A stretch of DNA of 64,000 nucleotides, taken from NCBI GenBank assembly GCA_964106915.2, contig OZ066921.1; one strand, written 5' to 3'. Source of the stretch: Podarcis gaigeae. Taxonomy: Eukaryota. Shown here in pieces: positions 27,657-39,787 of this stretch. How positions within the stretch are numbered: position 1 is the stretch's first letter; each line of letters begins with the position of its first letter. The translations under genes and the position numbers were made by a program. The notes below the pieces were generated by a model. The model was given only the letters and a program-made list of their open reading frames with translations, did no database searches and was not told the DNA's origin.

Positions 27657-27694
27657 GTATGAGCTTTCATGTGCATGCACACTTCTTCAGATAC
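27657..27694 (-). ncRNA. Second minimal hammerhead motif on the opposite strand
   Basis: Reverse complement reads GTAT-CTGAAGA-A-GTGTGCATGCACAT-GAAA-GC-TC-ATAC; a C-to-T change turns the closing pair of stem II into G-U. Confidence 0.68.
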
Positions 27695-27721
27695 ACTGAA
27701 ACAGCAAGTGTATCTTTCAGT

Positions 27722-27759
27722 GTATCTGAAGAAGTGTGCATGCACACGAAAGCTCATAC
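27722..27759 (+). ncRNA. Minimal type I hammerhead ribozyme motif (PLE-associated)
   Basis: GTAT-CTGAAGA-A-GTGTGCATGCACAC-GAAA-GC-TC-ATAC: stem I GUAU/AUAC, core CUGANGA, stem II GUGUG/CACAC, GAAA, palindromic AGCU helix III, predicted cleavage after C27755. Confidence 0.75.
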
Positions 27760-30700
27760 CAAGAACTGACTTAGTTGGTCTTTAAGGTGCTACTGGAAGG
27801 AATTTTTTTATTATTTTTTTACCATAGTTGAAGTATATCCTTAAGTGAGTTGAAGGATATCTGCTTTTCTTCATGACTGGAGAGAACTGGGAGGTGACAT
27901 TCTTAGTGACATCAGATCTAGCTGGACCCTGCAATAGTCTTGTTGGTGTTACGTCCTTTCTAGACTGGTCCTCTTCTCCCATGATACACTAAACCTTGAC
28001 AGGATACGGATGGTTGTCTCCTTTTCAAATGATGGAAACATCTCTCCATTAGAATTTGCTACTTTCTTTTTGGGAAACGTTGACACCCAAATGATCAAAC
28101 TGCGGATAAGCGGATTGCCTTTTCATGTTGAACATGAAGACGCTGTCCTGAAAACGTACTCGTTGGACCTGCTCAATTGATGCTTTTCAGTACTTCAGAA
28201 CGATGCTGAATCTTGTTTGAACACTGTATGTATCTATTTTTAGGTATTTGTTTAAAATACATGTCAGCACAGAGAAGCCCCCACTGTTTCCAGAACATCT
28301 CCTATGGTCTTGTTGGGGATGAAGGCCTGATTAGGATATGTGGCAGATACCTTAATATAGAGACTTCTTGGGTCTGGTGGTGCAACATCAACTTTGAGAA
28401 CTGGAAGAGTCCAGAATGGTTTAAACAGCCATAGTTGGCCAACTCTTCTGTACTGGTGATGGAAGCTTTCTTCTTTCTTTCCCCCCAAATGCATTGAAAC
28501 AACTGAAGGATAGTAAGGCAACCTACGAAAATCTCTTCTGACACTTTATCAAGTACAGTGCAAGGGATGACTCGTACAATTTTATGCTATAGGCATACAA
28601 GCTCCAGTTTCATCTTGTCAAGTCTCAAATCACTGATTGCAGTAAAATCTTGACACTGGAACTGCAGTGTAATATAAGTAACCATGCTGGTGCTGGCAGC
28701 ATTTAGAAATACATTTAATAACTATAATTTATCAAGAGTGTTGGGCTGTCCCAGGAAACCAAAAATACCCATAGTAGTAATGTATAATATTTAAAGGATG
28801 GATTATACATGAGCAGAACTATGCGGGCCCTTGCGTTCATGCATTTGGAAATGTGCATTGTTGTGAGAAAATAAAAACAAAAAGTGAGTTTTTAAGGAGG
28901 GATCTCTTATGTTTAGTACCAGCTCTCTTGGAAATTCTGGCTATCTCTAGTATTTGTGGGTTTTTTTAGCATTCAGCTGTTTTGTTGTATTGATTTTATC
29001 TGTGCTATTTTAATGAATGGTGGTCTATGAATGTTTTAATAAACAAATGAGGTTGAGCCACAAGTTCGAACTGGGAAGAAAATAAAAATTTGACATGCTT
29101 AAATTGTATACTTTACTTGCAAATTCACCATCAACCTTGATATAGGCTTAGATGATTGCTTAAGGGTGTCATTTGCAAAACCTGTGCAAATTGATCACTG
29201 GAAATTAGAGTAGTTTCATATTTGAAATTTTCACTCAGACATACCAACATTTTATTACACTTAACCAAATACGTATATAAAAATCCTACCTACAGCTCAG
29301 TGTTTTGAACTGATGGCTGAAGGCAGACCTCGCCTGTCTCCCAAAAGTTCCTTGACTGCATCCCACCCTTCTTTCAAGGCACTATGTGGGGGATAATTTT
29401 CTCTTTTCCTCCATGCACAACAACCCTACAAAGTAGGTCATTCAACTCCATTCCTGAACAGAGATATGCAAACCCTTTCCCTCTCATCCACACTGTATAT
29501 CTTAAGCTCTATAGCACTTGCTTCTAAACTGTTTCTCTCACCTCAGAAGGCCCATTTCTGTCCCCACTTCACTATGCAACTTTTTCTGCCCTCATAATCT
29601 CAGAATCCCATATCTCCACTCTTGTCGAGAATGACATTATAAAATTATTATTAGGACTGTGCTCATGAAATGCTGATTTTTGATTGTGACCCAGAGGTTG
29701 CAGAGGGACCATGTTGGCCTGGGATTTATAGTGAGAATGTGAAATTAAACCAGTATAATTTCCTGCAGGAAAAATACCATCTATATAGTCTATTAATGCT
29801 GACTTCTGAATCTGAATATATTAGAAGCAATTACACAGTGGATAGCTCTGCGCATTATTAATTTGATTGAAAGGTTTTAAACACAGTGCATTACTCACTT
29901 GAAATCCCTAGCAGCCTATTGTCTGTCTTTACATAATTCCTAGTGGCCCAAACCTATCCAAACAGGAGAAAAGGAGATGTAAAATTAATGTATGGTTATT
30001 ACTGAAATTACCTCATAAATTAGTTAAGTCCCCCATCAAGGTTAAAATGAACATTATTACTCTGGGAAGAAGGAAGAAAGAAGTCTCAGAGGCTTCCATT
30101 CTGGGCATTACTTTTATTGGGAAAGAGTTCTGTTTTGGAAACTGAATGGATAAGTTAAATATTCCATCAATAATTCTGATAGTGGCAGAGATGACAGAAT
30201 GGGGGGAGAAGCAGAGAAGTGTTTTGTTCCATCGGACAGATGGTGCAGCGCCAGATTATTCTTTTGTTTCTCCACATTGTATTGCCATCTCATTGATGCC
30301 TCTCATAGCTCCTTCGTTCATCTTGTTTTATTTAGAGCATTTTCGCCTCGCTCTTTAGCCGAAAAGATTCCCAGAGCAGCTGTAAGTCAGTCCCCACCCA
30401 CAGGCTTGCAGTCTAAAAGACACAACACAAAAGTAAAAGAGGAGTTAGAGGGGAAAGCAAAGTTGAGGGCAGGGTGGGGGGATGTTTGATAATGGCCAGC
30501 TGGGATGGAGGCAGCCCAAGTAGCCTGGTGCAATAGCTGTCTCCAGGTGACAGGTGAGGGATGTGCAAAGGCCGTCAATGGAACAGCCCTGCTCACCTTT
30601 TCTCTCTCTTGCACTCCGTCTTCTTCTGCTTTCCATTTCTCTCTCTTTCACAGTGTTGAAGGAGTCCAGGGATCACCAGTGTTTTGAGGACTAGCGGGTA

Positions 30701-31644
30701 CATTTGGAGTTTTGAGAAAGTCCTGTGAGCACCATCAGTCACTAAATGTCAGCTCTGGGGTGTGTGACATAAATGCCTGCTGTGGGGTGGATATAACACA
30801 AAATGGCGGTGCGTCTGAAAAAGCAGAAAAGGTGACAGGAGCCCCAAATGGGTGGGTGGGCATGCTTCCTCCAGTCTTGTTTATTTTTGAGGGGATATTT
30901 ACTGAGACCTTTTTGCAGGCACCACATGAGGTATTGGTGGGCTCCAAGTTGGCAATCCTTGAAATAGTCTTTAAGGTGGTGGTGGTGGTGGTGGTGGTAA
31001 GGATTTATGTGAGTGGTGGTGGGAAGTTGGTTCCTGTGCTCTTAATGTTCTTAATACATTTTGTAAAAATACAGTACAGCCAGAAGCCACAAATCATAAA
31101 CAGCCTTTAAGGAAACAAGGGCAAAAGCCTGCAAGAATAATTCAGTTTTATTGTGTGTACGCTGCCTACAGGCCAATTACCCAAAGTCTATAGAGTTAAC
31201 CAGGGTAACATGCATGCATCAGATAACTTGCCATTGACACAGACTGATGTGAAATATATACAGTATAAATCTTACGCTGTCAGTTTGCTATGCATTTTAA
31301 TATGTGCATCCAGAAGTTTTAGCTCTCCCCCCACTCTGTGCCAGAATAAAAATGTCTTCACTAGTCAGCGAAAGATAGCCAGATGAAAGAGGGAGGGTGG
31401 GAGGGAGGGGAACCTGACTTCATGGAGTACACGACCTTGTTGGAGCAGCCAATGAAAAAACCCTGGGTAGTATCCAACTAAGACAGTACTAAGAACAGGC
31501 CTATTGAAATGGGCATGGCTAACTTGGGCCTCTTCATTTCAATGGGTGTGCTCCAACATAGCTGGATATGCCACCGTGGGTCGTGCCTCCACCCTGGGTG
31601 GGACATCCCACTGATCTTAAGAAATGGGCAAGATGGTACATATA

Positions 31645-31871
31645 CAGTGGTACCTCGGGTTACATACGCTTCAGATTACAGACTCCGCTAACCCAGAAAT
31701 AGTACCTCGGGTTAAGAAGCTTTGCTTCAGGATGAGAACAGAAATCGTGCTCCGGCGGTGCGGCAGCAGCAGGAGGTCCCATTAGCTAAAGTGGTGCTTC
31801 AGGTTAAAAACAGTTTCAGGTTAAGAACGGACCTCCGGAACGAATTAAGTACTTAACCAAAGGTACCACTG
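31645..31871 (+). mobile_element. Tc/Mariner (Tigger-like) MITE
   Basis: TA-CAGTGGTACCTCGGGTTA..TAACCAAAGGTACCACTG-TA; further copies at 60380 and 62360. Confidence 0.92.
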
Positions 31872-32921
31872 TACATGCAACCTCAAAATATTCTGGGGGT
31901 GCCCATTTCCTAGGTGCTGTTAGAAACTAGATGCTGGACTAGATGAAGCCCTGGTCTGATCTGGCATATTTCCCTGCCCCACAGTGCAATGTCGGTGAAT
32001 AGGAAAAGGTTGTACCCATTCCTGTTTGGCATTTTACTCAAGGCAGATGCCAGACAGGCTCAGTCCTTAAGCAGTGGACTTCTGGGGTCCCCTGATTTTG
32101 GGATAGCCCTAACCATAAGGACAGTGGTGATGTGGCACTTCCGCACAGTGTTCACCTGAGCATGAGACTGTCACATGGCATGAATACGCATCATATTATG
32201 TGAAGGAGGTCAAGAAAGAGAGAGATTAAGTCTGGGGGATTCTGCTTGGCAAACTAAACTGCCCCCTCCAAGTGCTGTTTTGAACTGTGGCTGCACCTTG
32301 CAAAAAAAAAAAAAAAAGTTTGCACTTTCTGCCCTTTTCCCCTAGCCTAATGCAGACATCAAGATTTCCCAGTCTCCAGGGTGTGGTTTAGAAAGTGGGC
32401 ATACCACATGACTCATGCAAGGCTACACACTCTTTCATGCTCCCCTGTCTCCTGTGTGTGCACACAATCCCAAATCTTCTCCTTTTGCAGCATTCACTAT
32501 GGTATTAGAGTGTTGCATTAGAGATGGGCCTGTAGCTCGAGGCACCTCCTTTGCATGCATCTCCATGCAGGGCTGGTAAAAATCGCTGTCTGAAACCATG
32601 GAGTGCTGCTGCCGGACAGCATAACAAGGGTAGCCAATGTGGTGCCTTCCAGATGGTGTTGGACTACAACTCCCATCAGCCCCAGCCAGCGTGGCCAGTG
32701 GTCAAATATGATGGGAGTTGTAGTCCAACAGTGACTACCTTTTGAATAGATGGTACAGAGCCAGATAGGCCAGGCGTCTTTGAGGTTGTTTTTTCTACAA
32801 TCAAGTGGCATATGAATCTTTATGAAATAAATACATAAAAGTCTGACTTGGGACAAGGCAGCTTCCTATCTGCACTGAACCTAGCCATGGTTAATTTTAA
32901 CAGGGCTTAAAATCAGGATTT

Positions 32922-33313
32922 TTTTAAAATGATATTTATTGAGATTTCCATTAAGAACATGTACAAACAAAACAACAATAAAAAACAAACATAAACAAAA
33001 ACAACAAGTATAGTTTCAAACCTTATTTTCTCAACCTACTTTCCCCGACTCCCTCATACCTCCCCGTTCTGTATTCTAACTTCATTATCCAGTCAGTAAA
33101 TCCATTCCCTTATTTCCCAAAGTTTTTTGACAATTCCATTCCTTTTCTTAATCTACATCTCTGAACACCAAATTATTTTCCAACCCATGTCATTCTAGCC
33201 TTCATTAATTTTATAGTATTTGTTAAGATAATCTTTAAATTTCTTCCAATCTTCTTCCACTGTCTCTTTCTCCTGGTCTCGGATTCTGCCCGTCATCTCT
33301 GCCAGTCCCATAT
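32922..33313 (-). mobile_element. 5'-truncated L1-clade LINE
   Basis: Minus strand reads MGLAEMTGRIRDQEKETVEEDWKKFKDYLNKYYKINEG* (L1-type ORF2 end), then UTR, AATAAA and an A-rich tail; 15-bp TSD TTAAAATCAGGATTT at 32907 and 33314. Confidence 0.85.
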
Positions 33314-33383
33314 TTAAAATCAGGATTTCAAGCAGGTTTGCAAACTGTTCCTCCACATGGGAGTGAATCTCATAGTTTAACTA

Positions 33384-34013
33384 CCGTATTTTTTGCCCTA
33401 TAGGACACACTTTTTCCCCTCCAAAAATGAAGGGGAAATGTGTGTGCGAATGAGGCGAATGCAGGCTTTCGCTAAAGCCTGGAGAGAGAGAGGGGTCGGT
33501 GCGCACGGACCCCTCTCGCTCTCCAGTCTTCAGGAAGCTATCTGCAAGCCTTGGGAGCTCCGCGGGAGTTCCCGTCGAGCTCGCAAGGCTTGCGGATAGC
33601 AGCATGCATCCCGAAGCCTGGGGCACACTGTGCAGATATCAGGCCTGGAGCTTCGTGCAGATATCGGCCAGCCCCACAAGCTCGGGGGACAGTCGGGAGG
33701 TGGAGCGCCTCCATCCCACTATTCCCCGACCTGGTTTGCGGAGTTGCCTGCATCCCGAAGAGAAATGCCTGCATCCCGAAGCCTTTGGGCAGATATCCGC
33801 AAGCCTGGGGAGACCGGCGTGACTTCCCACGGGCTCCCTAGGCTTGCGGATAGCAGCCTGTTCCGGGGGCTGGGGTCGGGGGAAGCTCGGGCTTCCCCCG
33901 CCCCAGCCCCGCGCCTAGGGGGGAAATAAAAACAAATTTCTTTGTCCCCCCCCAAAGAAAAACTAGGTGCGCCCTGTGGGCCGGTGCGCCCTATGGGGCG
34001 AAATATACGGCGG
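33384..34013. mobile_element. Non-autonomous Tc/Mariner (Tc2-like) element with GC-rich internal repeats
   Basis: TA-CCGTATTTTTTGCCCTATAGG ... CCTATGGGGCGAAATATACGG(CGG)-TA; internal repeats GCATCCCGAAG x3 and GGCTTGCGGATAGCAGC x2. Confidence 0.82.
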
Positions 34014-34904
34014 TATGTGCTGCATGAAGAAAAGTGCTTTATTTTGTTTTTCCTGCATTTTCCAACATTCAGCTCCAATGAATGGCTCTGGGTTCTAGTG
34101 TTGTAAGAGAATGGCTTGCTTTGAGAAGCAGCTTCGTTTGAGGATTAAGTATCTTTTATCCATTGCAGCGGGCAAAGCTGACAATATTCACTGCATTCGT
34201 CTGTATCAGTGCATATGGGTATTAAAATGCCTTTATTTGGATCACACCCCAAAAGGAATTACTAGTGATTCATAAAAGGAGAGTATGTATTATGCTACAT
34301 CTATTAAGGCATGTTTTATGTGTAACAGTAATTAAAATATAATTGAAATCACTATTTCTTCTAATTATTGGCTTAACATACTGCTTCTTTAAAGAATGGG
34401 TGCCTATAAATGTCTCCTTTTTATATATATCCACGAATGGGTTCCCGGCAGCATCATAATTAAAAGAGGGATTAGTTAACATACAATTTAATCATTCTGT
34501 CATCAAAGGATTTAGACCTCATTAATTACATGTTAATAAATAGTTATGAATAAACAAAAAAAATCAGTGTAAGATATGCCAATTGAGATCCAAAATTACA
34601 GTATTTAAAAACTAATAATGAAACAGAGCTGTGGGTCTTAGGACCTTTTGGTGTGGTCTCACTCTTATTTCATATTAAATTGAGTGTGAAATTGTGGCGT
34701 TGTGCTAGTATTTGTGGTTCTGTGTCATTGCTATATAAGAAGCAGAAACCTATGGAAAAAATGTCTTGTGGGGTGGGGGAAGGGACTCAGATGAACCACG
34801 TCCTCAGAGAGCCGATTCTGCCTTGCAACTTAAAGGATCATAGGTCTTCTTCCTCAGAAGTAGATTTCAGATTCTCCCAGTGATCGTTTAAGCCACAGTT
34901 AGCC

Positions 34905-35056
34905 AACATGGTTCTCCTCCTCATTTAATCCTCACAACAACCCTGTGAGGTAGGTTAGGCTGAGAGACAGTGACTGGCCCAAAGTCACCCAGAGAGCAGC
35001 TTCATGGCTAAGTAGAGATTTGAACCCTCGTCTCCCAGGTCTTAGTCTGACACACC
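34905..35056 (-). mobile_element. Older tRNA-derived SINE (Squam3/MIR-like)
   Basis: cacaacaaccctgtgaggtaggttaggctgagagacagtgactggcccaaagtcaccca..gatttgaaccc; related copies at 42960 and 58640. Confidence 0.75.
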
Positions 35057-36081
35057 ATTAAGAAACCCATAAGCTACCCCTGCTTAAACCAAGACAGGAT
35101 ATTCTTCCTTGCAGTTTATATAATTATTAGCTGTGCATTTGGAGGGTAAATCCAAGACCAATTTCCACCCACAGTTTCCCTTTGGTACCCGGATAAATGA
35201 CGCCAAGTAGCAAGGATGCCAGCTTACCTTCTGCTTAAATGCCAACTTGTTTTCTACTGTCTTCTGCTCATGTTCCGTGCCAGTTTGTGGGCAATGCACT
35301 TGTTTACTCACCTATTTGTGATTTTTTTTTTTGCGGGGAAGCGATGCCCCCTAAACCCAGCTTTTCATGCAAGCCAACAAGGTGACCATTACATTTGGAG
35401 ACACACTCCTGCTGTGGCCCATTTTAGCACCCCACACATTGACAGACAGTACACCTACTTTACTAAACACTCTAGTTTGGAATATACCCACCTGGATGGA
35501 CGAGAGAAAATGTCACTGCAGCCTTTGGCAATTTAAGTGGCCTCCAGCTCTTTTGGACTACAGCCCCCATCAGCCAAAACATATGGAGGGAACCAAGTTG
35601 GCAAGGGCTGAACTGATGGAAGGATCCATCAAGTGATGCTATCTGTGGTATTGGGGGATCTTGCTGTTTGACTAGGGAAGATGATTTACAATCCTCTTAC
35701 ACAATTAAAATGCCAATTATGCCTCACCCACCTCTCCCCTCTCTTAAGCTTAAACGATCTGTTGATTTTGTTGTCCGTAAATTACCCTTGATAGATGTCC
35801 CTGGGATGTGTTTTGTTTTCCTTTTAATTTATTAACTCCGAACTGCCATTCTTCCCCCACCCCCCCTGTGGCACCTGTCCGTTTTCCAATTAAGCTTTGT
35901 CTCTCAGAGAACGTCTCTCCAGTTTCTGTGTGTTTTGTAGAAAAGAAGGGGAAATTGCATTGGTTTCTACTGCTTGGGTTTGAAGGTTTATGTACCATCC
36001 CTGCTTTAACTACAGTTTCCCTATAATTGCTGACCATCTTTCATGTAGGCCAGTACAGACATAAAATTGTGGATGGGACAT

Positions 36082-36330
36082 TGGCTAAGCCGTGGTTTGT
36101 AGTTTGTGGTTTGCCTCCCAGTCACTCAGGCCTCCTTGGCTTGGAAAGTGCTTGGGCTGGTCAAACAAACCATGGTTAAGCAAGGCTGTTTGGTTTGGAC
36201 ATAATGCCAAACCATAGTTAAAGCAAGCCACGGTTTACAAGCTAACAAGAAACCATGGTTAGTCTGCTTGGCTGGGTTCAAAAGTTAAGAAAAGCCACAC
36301 TTAGGCAAAACAAACCATGGCTTAGTGTTA
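36082..36330. repeat. Dispersed repeat built from AAACCATGGTT palindromic units
   Basis: At least five variants of (A)ACCATGGTT in 250 bp; similar clusters at 39980-40075 and 48960-49395. Confidence 0.6.
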
Positions 36331-38987
36331 CTCATGAACTGGGCCATTCGGAACATGTGGCTGAGTCCTTCACCCCCTCATGTTTTTCTATCATGTGTAA
36401 ATCCTCTTCTCTTCCTCTTTGAGAGTTGCCTTAAATCTGCATCCAGCTTATTCTAGCCATGGTTGGATTCATGCTCAAGCTTGTAGTTGAGGTTGGGCAC
36501 TGTCATGTCAGCCCTGGATATATCAGAACAGTGGCTGCTGTTAACATCAGTGCAGGACCAAATGCTGTAATGTGAGCCCTACTGAGATGTGGAAAGTGCA
36601 CGTCTGAGGGGTGCTTACTGGGATGAGTGTGCTGGCTTCATGCTCCGCAAGTTGGAGAGTAACTGTGTGACATGAGGAGCCAACCTCTGCTCTTGCGAGC
36701 TCCCTCACTGCTCCCCAGTTTTCCATGGTTTGACATCACAGAAGTGCAAGAGATTTCTCTGCTCCAGGCAGTTGCATTTCAACTCCCAGAGGGTGGTGGT
36801 GATGGAGGTGAACAGCCAGCAGGCTCATCTATACGCCCCACTCCTCACAACTGGAACCCCTGCGCTTCTATAACACCCGAATAAAGGCCATGGTGACCTC
36901 CGAGGGTGTAAGAGGGACAGGATTTTCACATGAGGTGGGAGAACAACCATCAAACAAATATTCAGACCATCCAAGGACATTAGGTTTCTGGGCTACAAAG
37001 GAGGGTGCTTGTAAGTGTGCTGTTCAGAAACAAATACATTGTCTCCTCATCGTACTATGACTATCATAGCTCGTGTCTTCAGAGCTGGTTCACCATGAGA
37101 ATACCAGGAAAAATCATTGAGATTTTAATATTTTTAAGTTCAGTTTTGCCAAGTGTTCCTTGTGCTGTAAGATGCCTTTAATTTTAACATGCTTCTAAAA
37201 TACTTCAGAACATCCCAGTCCCTCAGAACCAAAGCTTTGTTGTGCCTCGCACTTTTGAAGCATTGCACTGTCGACCCAAATGCTTGTTAAGAGCTTAACT
37301 TGTTGACACGCTTGCTCCAAATTGATCTCTAGAGTTTTCTTAAGATCTGGGCTCTAAATTTAGCTAGCTGTTTCCATTTGTAGCACATTATCCGAGCCAG
37401 GCTACTCACCATGATCACTTCCTTTGATTTATTATTATTATTACTACTATTATTTTTGGAATCCATATCTCCAGTAGACTTATGAAATGCTTTCATTTTC
37501 CTAACTCCTGCCTCTTCCAAGGAAATGATTAGGAATCGTAGGCAGAGCCTGTATAAAAATCGGACCCTCCTTTTAAGTTAATCAGTATAACCTTCCTGTA
37601 TTAAGGTTGTCACCCTCAGCACACATTGGCTATTGATCAGATATAGCCAGGGTGAACTTTTCTTCCTTTGGGTTGCTAAGGAGACATGTCGGAAGCACTA
37701 CTACTTTTTAATTATGGGTGTTATTAATATTAATAAGGTATCTAGTAGCTTCCGGTTCCTGTTTCATGCTGGTGGCGTTTCCATTTTCTTTTCATTCCTA
37801 TTGCAGAGTTTTGTTGCTTAATGATATCTTAGCAGTGCTCCTTTTGGACCCGGCTGTTCATGGCTATGATCCTGTAACAGAAAGTTTATCTAGAAGCACA
37901 GCATACTTTGCCTATAACATCCTGGGCGGATGCCTGTCAGGTTTCCCCAAAAAACATTTGTGAGGTTCAGCAACCTGTGAAATGTGGCACATTCATCTCC
38001 TTGATATGTGCATAATAGTGTTGGGACTGTCCATCCTAATGTCTCATTAAGCAGTTAGATATAGCTAACCGGGTGTGTAGCTGAAGCAATATCTTAAATG
38101 TCCGTCTAATAGCTTGCATTTGTCGCAGCAGCTGCCAAAGGCTTGCGAACGTCTCTGAAATCTGAATGGGTTCCATTATCACTCCTTGTTAATGAAATGA
38201 TTTTAATATTACAACAAATGAGGTCTTCCCCCCCTCCCCCCAATCCTTTCAGTATTAAAAGGGAATTGGATTGTAATTAGAGTATATTTCACCAAGACTG
38301 AAAGGGGCTCTAATATGTGCTTGACTCTTAAAGCAGTTAATCCTATATTAATTGTACTTTGGGTGCATCTGTCCTTGCCTGACGGCAGAGCATCCATCAT
38401 GTCCTAGGGGATGCTGGCGCTCTTGGGAAGGCGGAAGAGCTCCTCCTGCAGGATGCCTTTATCGTCACGTGAAGAGACGGGCAGTTCTTTGCTTCAGGAA
38501 GTCTTTTGAGAGAGAGATTGCTTCCTGCAATGGACTCCTGCAACTTCCCCTTTCCTCCCACTCTCACCTGTGGTCAAAGAAACTTCAGGGTTTGGGAACA
38601 AAAAGAGGGAGAAGGAGGGAGCTTCTTACTTTCCAAAGCAAAGCAAAGCAACAACCGGGGGGGGGGGGGAGGACACAGTCGGCTTTTGGTCATCTCTTGA
38701 ATTGTTACTTGTTTAGCTCCAGTGACAGGTAAACTTTGAAGGTTAGGGGATGGATTTGCTCCTGCTGAAGCTTAAATAGACTTTCTTTGCAATTCCTCTT
38801 CTAGTTGTTTCTCTACCATTTTCTTCAGGCACCTAGCGAGCTCAAAATGGAGATGGGATGATGAGTTGATGTCTGAGCTGGACAGCAGAGAACAAATAAG
38901 TCCTGGTTCTTTCAACGTTGCATTGTTCGTTGCATTTTTTGTTTGGTCCTCAACAATTGATTAACTTCTGTCTCCTTTGTTTTGCAG

Positions 38988-39056
38988 CCTGTTTCAGCAC
39001 TACTGCTACAAACGCGGCGGCATGCGACACACTTCCTACACCTGCATCTGTGGCAG
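38988..39056 (+). CDS. PEPD: Prolidase (Xaa-Pro dipeptidase) internal coding exon, equivalent to human exon 10
   Basis: Polypyrimidine tract plus AG (ctcctttgttttgcag), 69-nt exon, donor GTAAGC. Translates (phase 2/2) [22 protein letters not shown](S), matching recalled human PEPD [23 protein letters not shown]. Confidence 0.96.
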
Positions 39057-39121
39057 GTAAGCCACCCCAGTCTTCATTTCCCATTGAGTTGTATCAGTAT
39101 CACTATCAAGGGAGTATCACT

Positions 39122-39787
39122 ATCTAGGAGTCTTGGTTGACCACAAACTTGACATGAGCCAACAGTGTGACGCGGCAGCTAAAAAAGCCAATGCAATTTG
39201 GGCTGCATCAATAGGAGTATAGCATCTAGATCAAGGGAAGTAATAGTGCCACTGTATTCTGCTCTGGTCAGACCTCACCTGGAGTACTGTGTCCAGTTCT
39301 GGGCACCACAGTTCAAGAAGGACACTGACAAACTGGAACGTGTCCAGAGGAGGGCAACCAAAATGGTCAAAGGCCTGGAAACGATGCCTTATGAGGAATG
39401 GCTAAGGGAGCTGGGCATGTTTAGCCTGGAGAAGAGGAGGTTAAGGGGTGATATGATAGCCATGTTTAAATATATAAAAGGATGTCACATAGAGGAGGGA
39501 GAAAGGTTGTTTTCTGCTGCTCCAGAGAAGCGGACACGGAGCAATGGTTCCAAACTACAAGAAAGAAGATTCCACCTAAACATTAGGAAGAACTTCCTGA
39601 CAGTAAGAGCTGTTCGACAGTGGAATTTGCTGCCAAAGAGTGTGGTGGAGTCTCCTTCTTTGGAGGTCTTTAAGCAGAGGCTTGACAACCATATGTCAGG
39701 AGTGCTCTGATGGTGTTTCCTGCTTGGCAGGGGGTTGGACTCGATGGCCCTTGTGGTCTCTTCCAACTCTATGATTCTATGATTCTA
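39122..39787 (+). mobile_element. Young 5'-truncated CR1 LINE about 65 bp downstream of the PEPD exon
   Basis: ORF2 C-terminus [38 protein letters not shown]; tail ctatgattctatgattcta. Confidence 0.96.

Larger units (their letters stand above)
27567..27820. mobile_element. Truncated Penelope-like element: inverted pseudo-LTR pair
   Basis: About 95-bp inverted arms (27606-27701 and 27715-27809) with one visible mismatch; flanked by a 14-bp direct repeat ACCATAGTTGAAGT (27553-27566, 27821-27834); contains the hammerhead motif typical of PLE pseudo-LTRs. Confidence 0.8.

Noticed and set aside
33381-34078. Cluster of overlapping ORFs on both strands
   Set aside because: By-product of a GC-rich non-autonomous transposon; no transposase motifs.
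39198-39710. 170-aa ORF (and the 145-aa ORF at 18922-19359) as host genes
   Set aside because: Both are the C-terminus of CR1 ORF2 in 5'-truncated copies.
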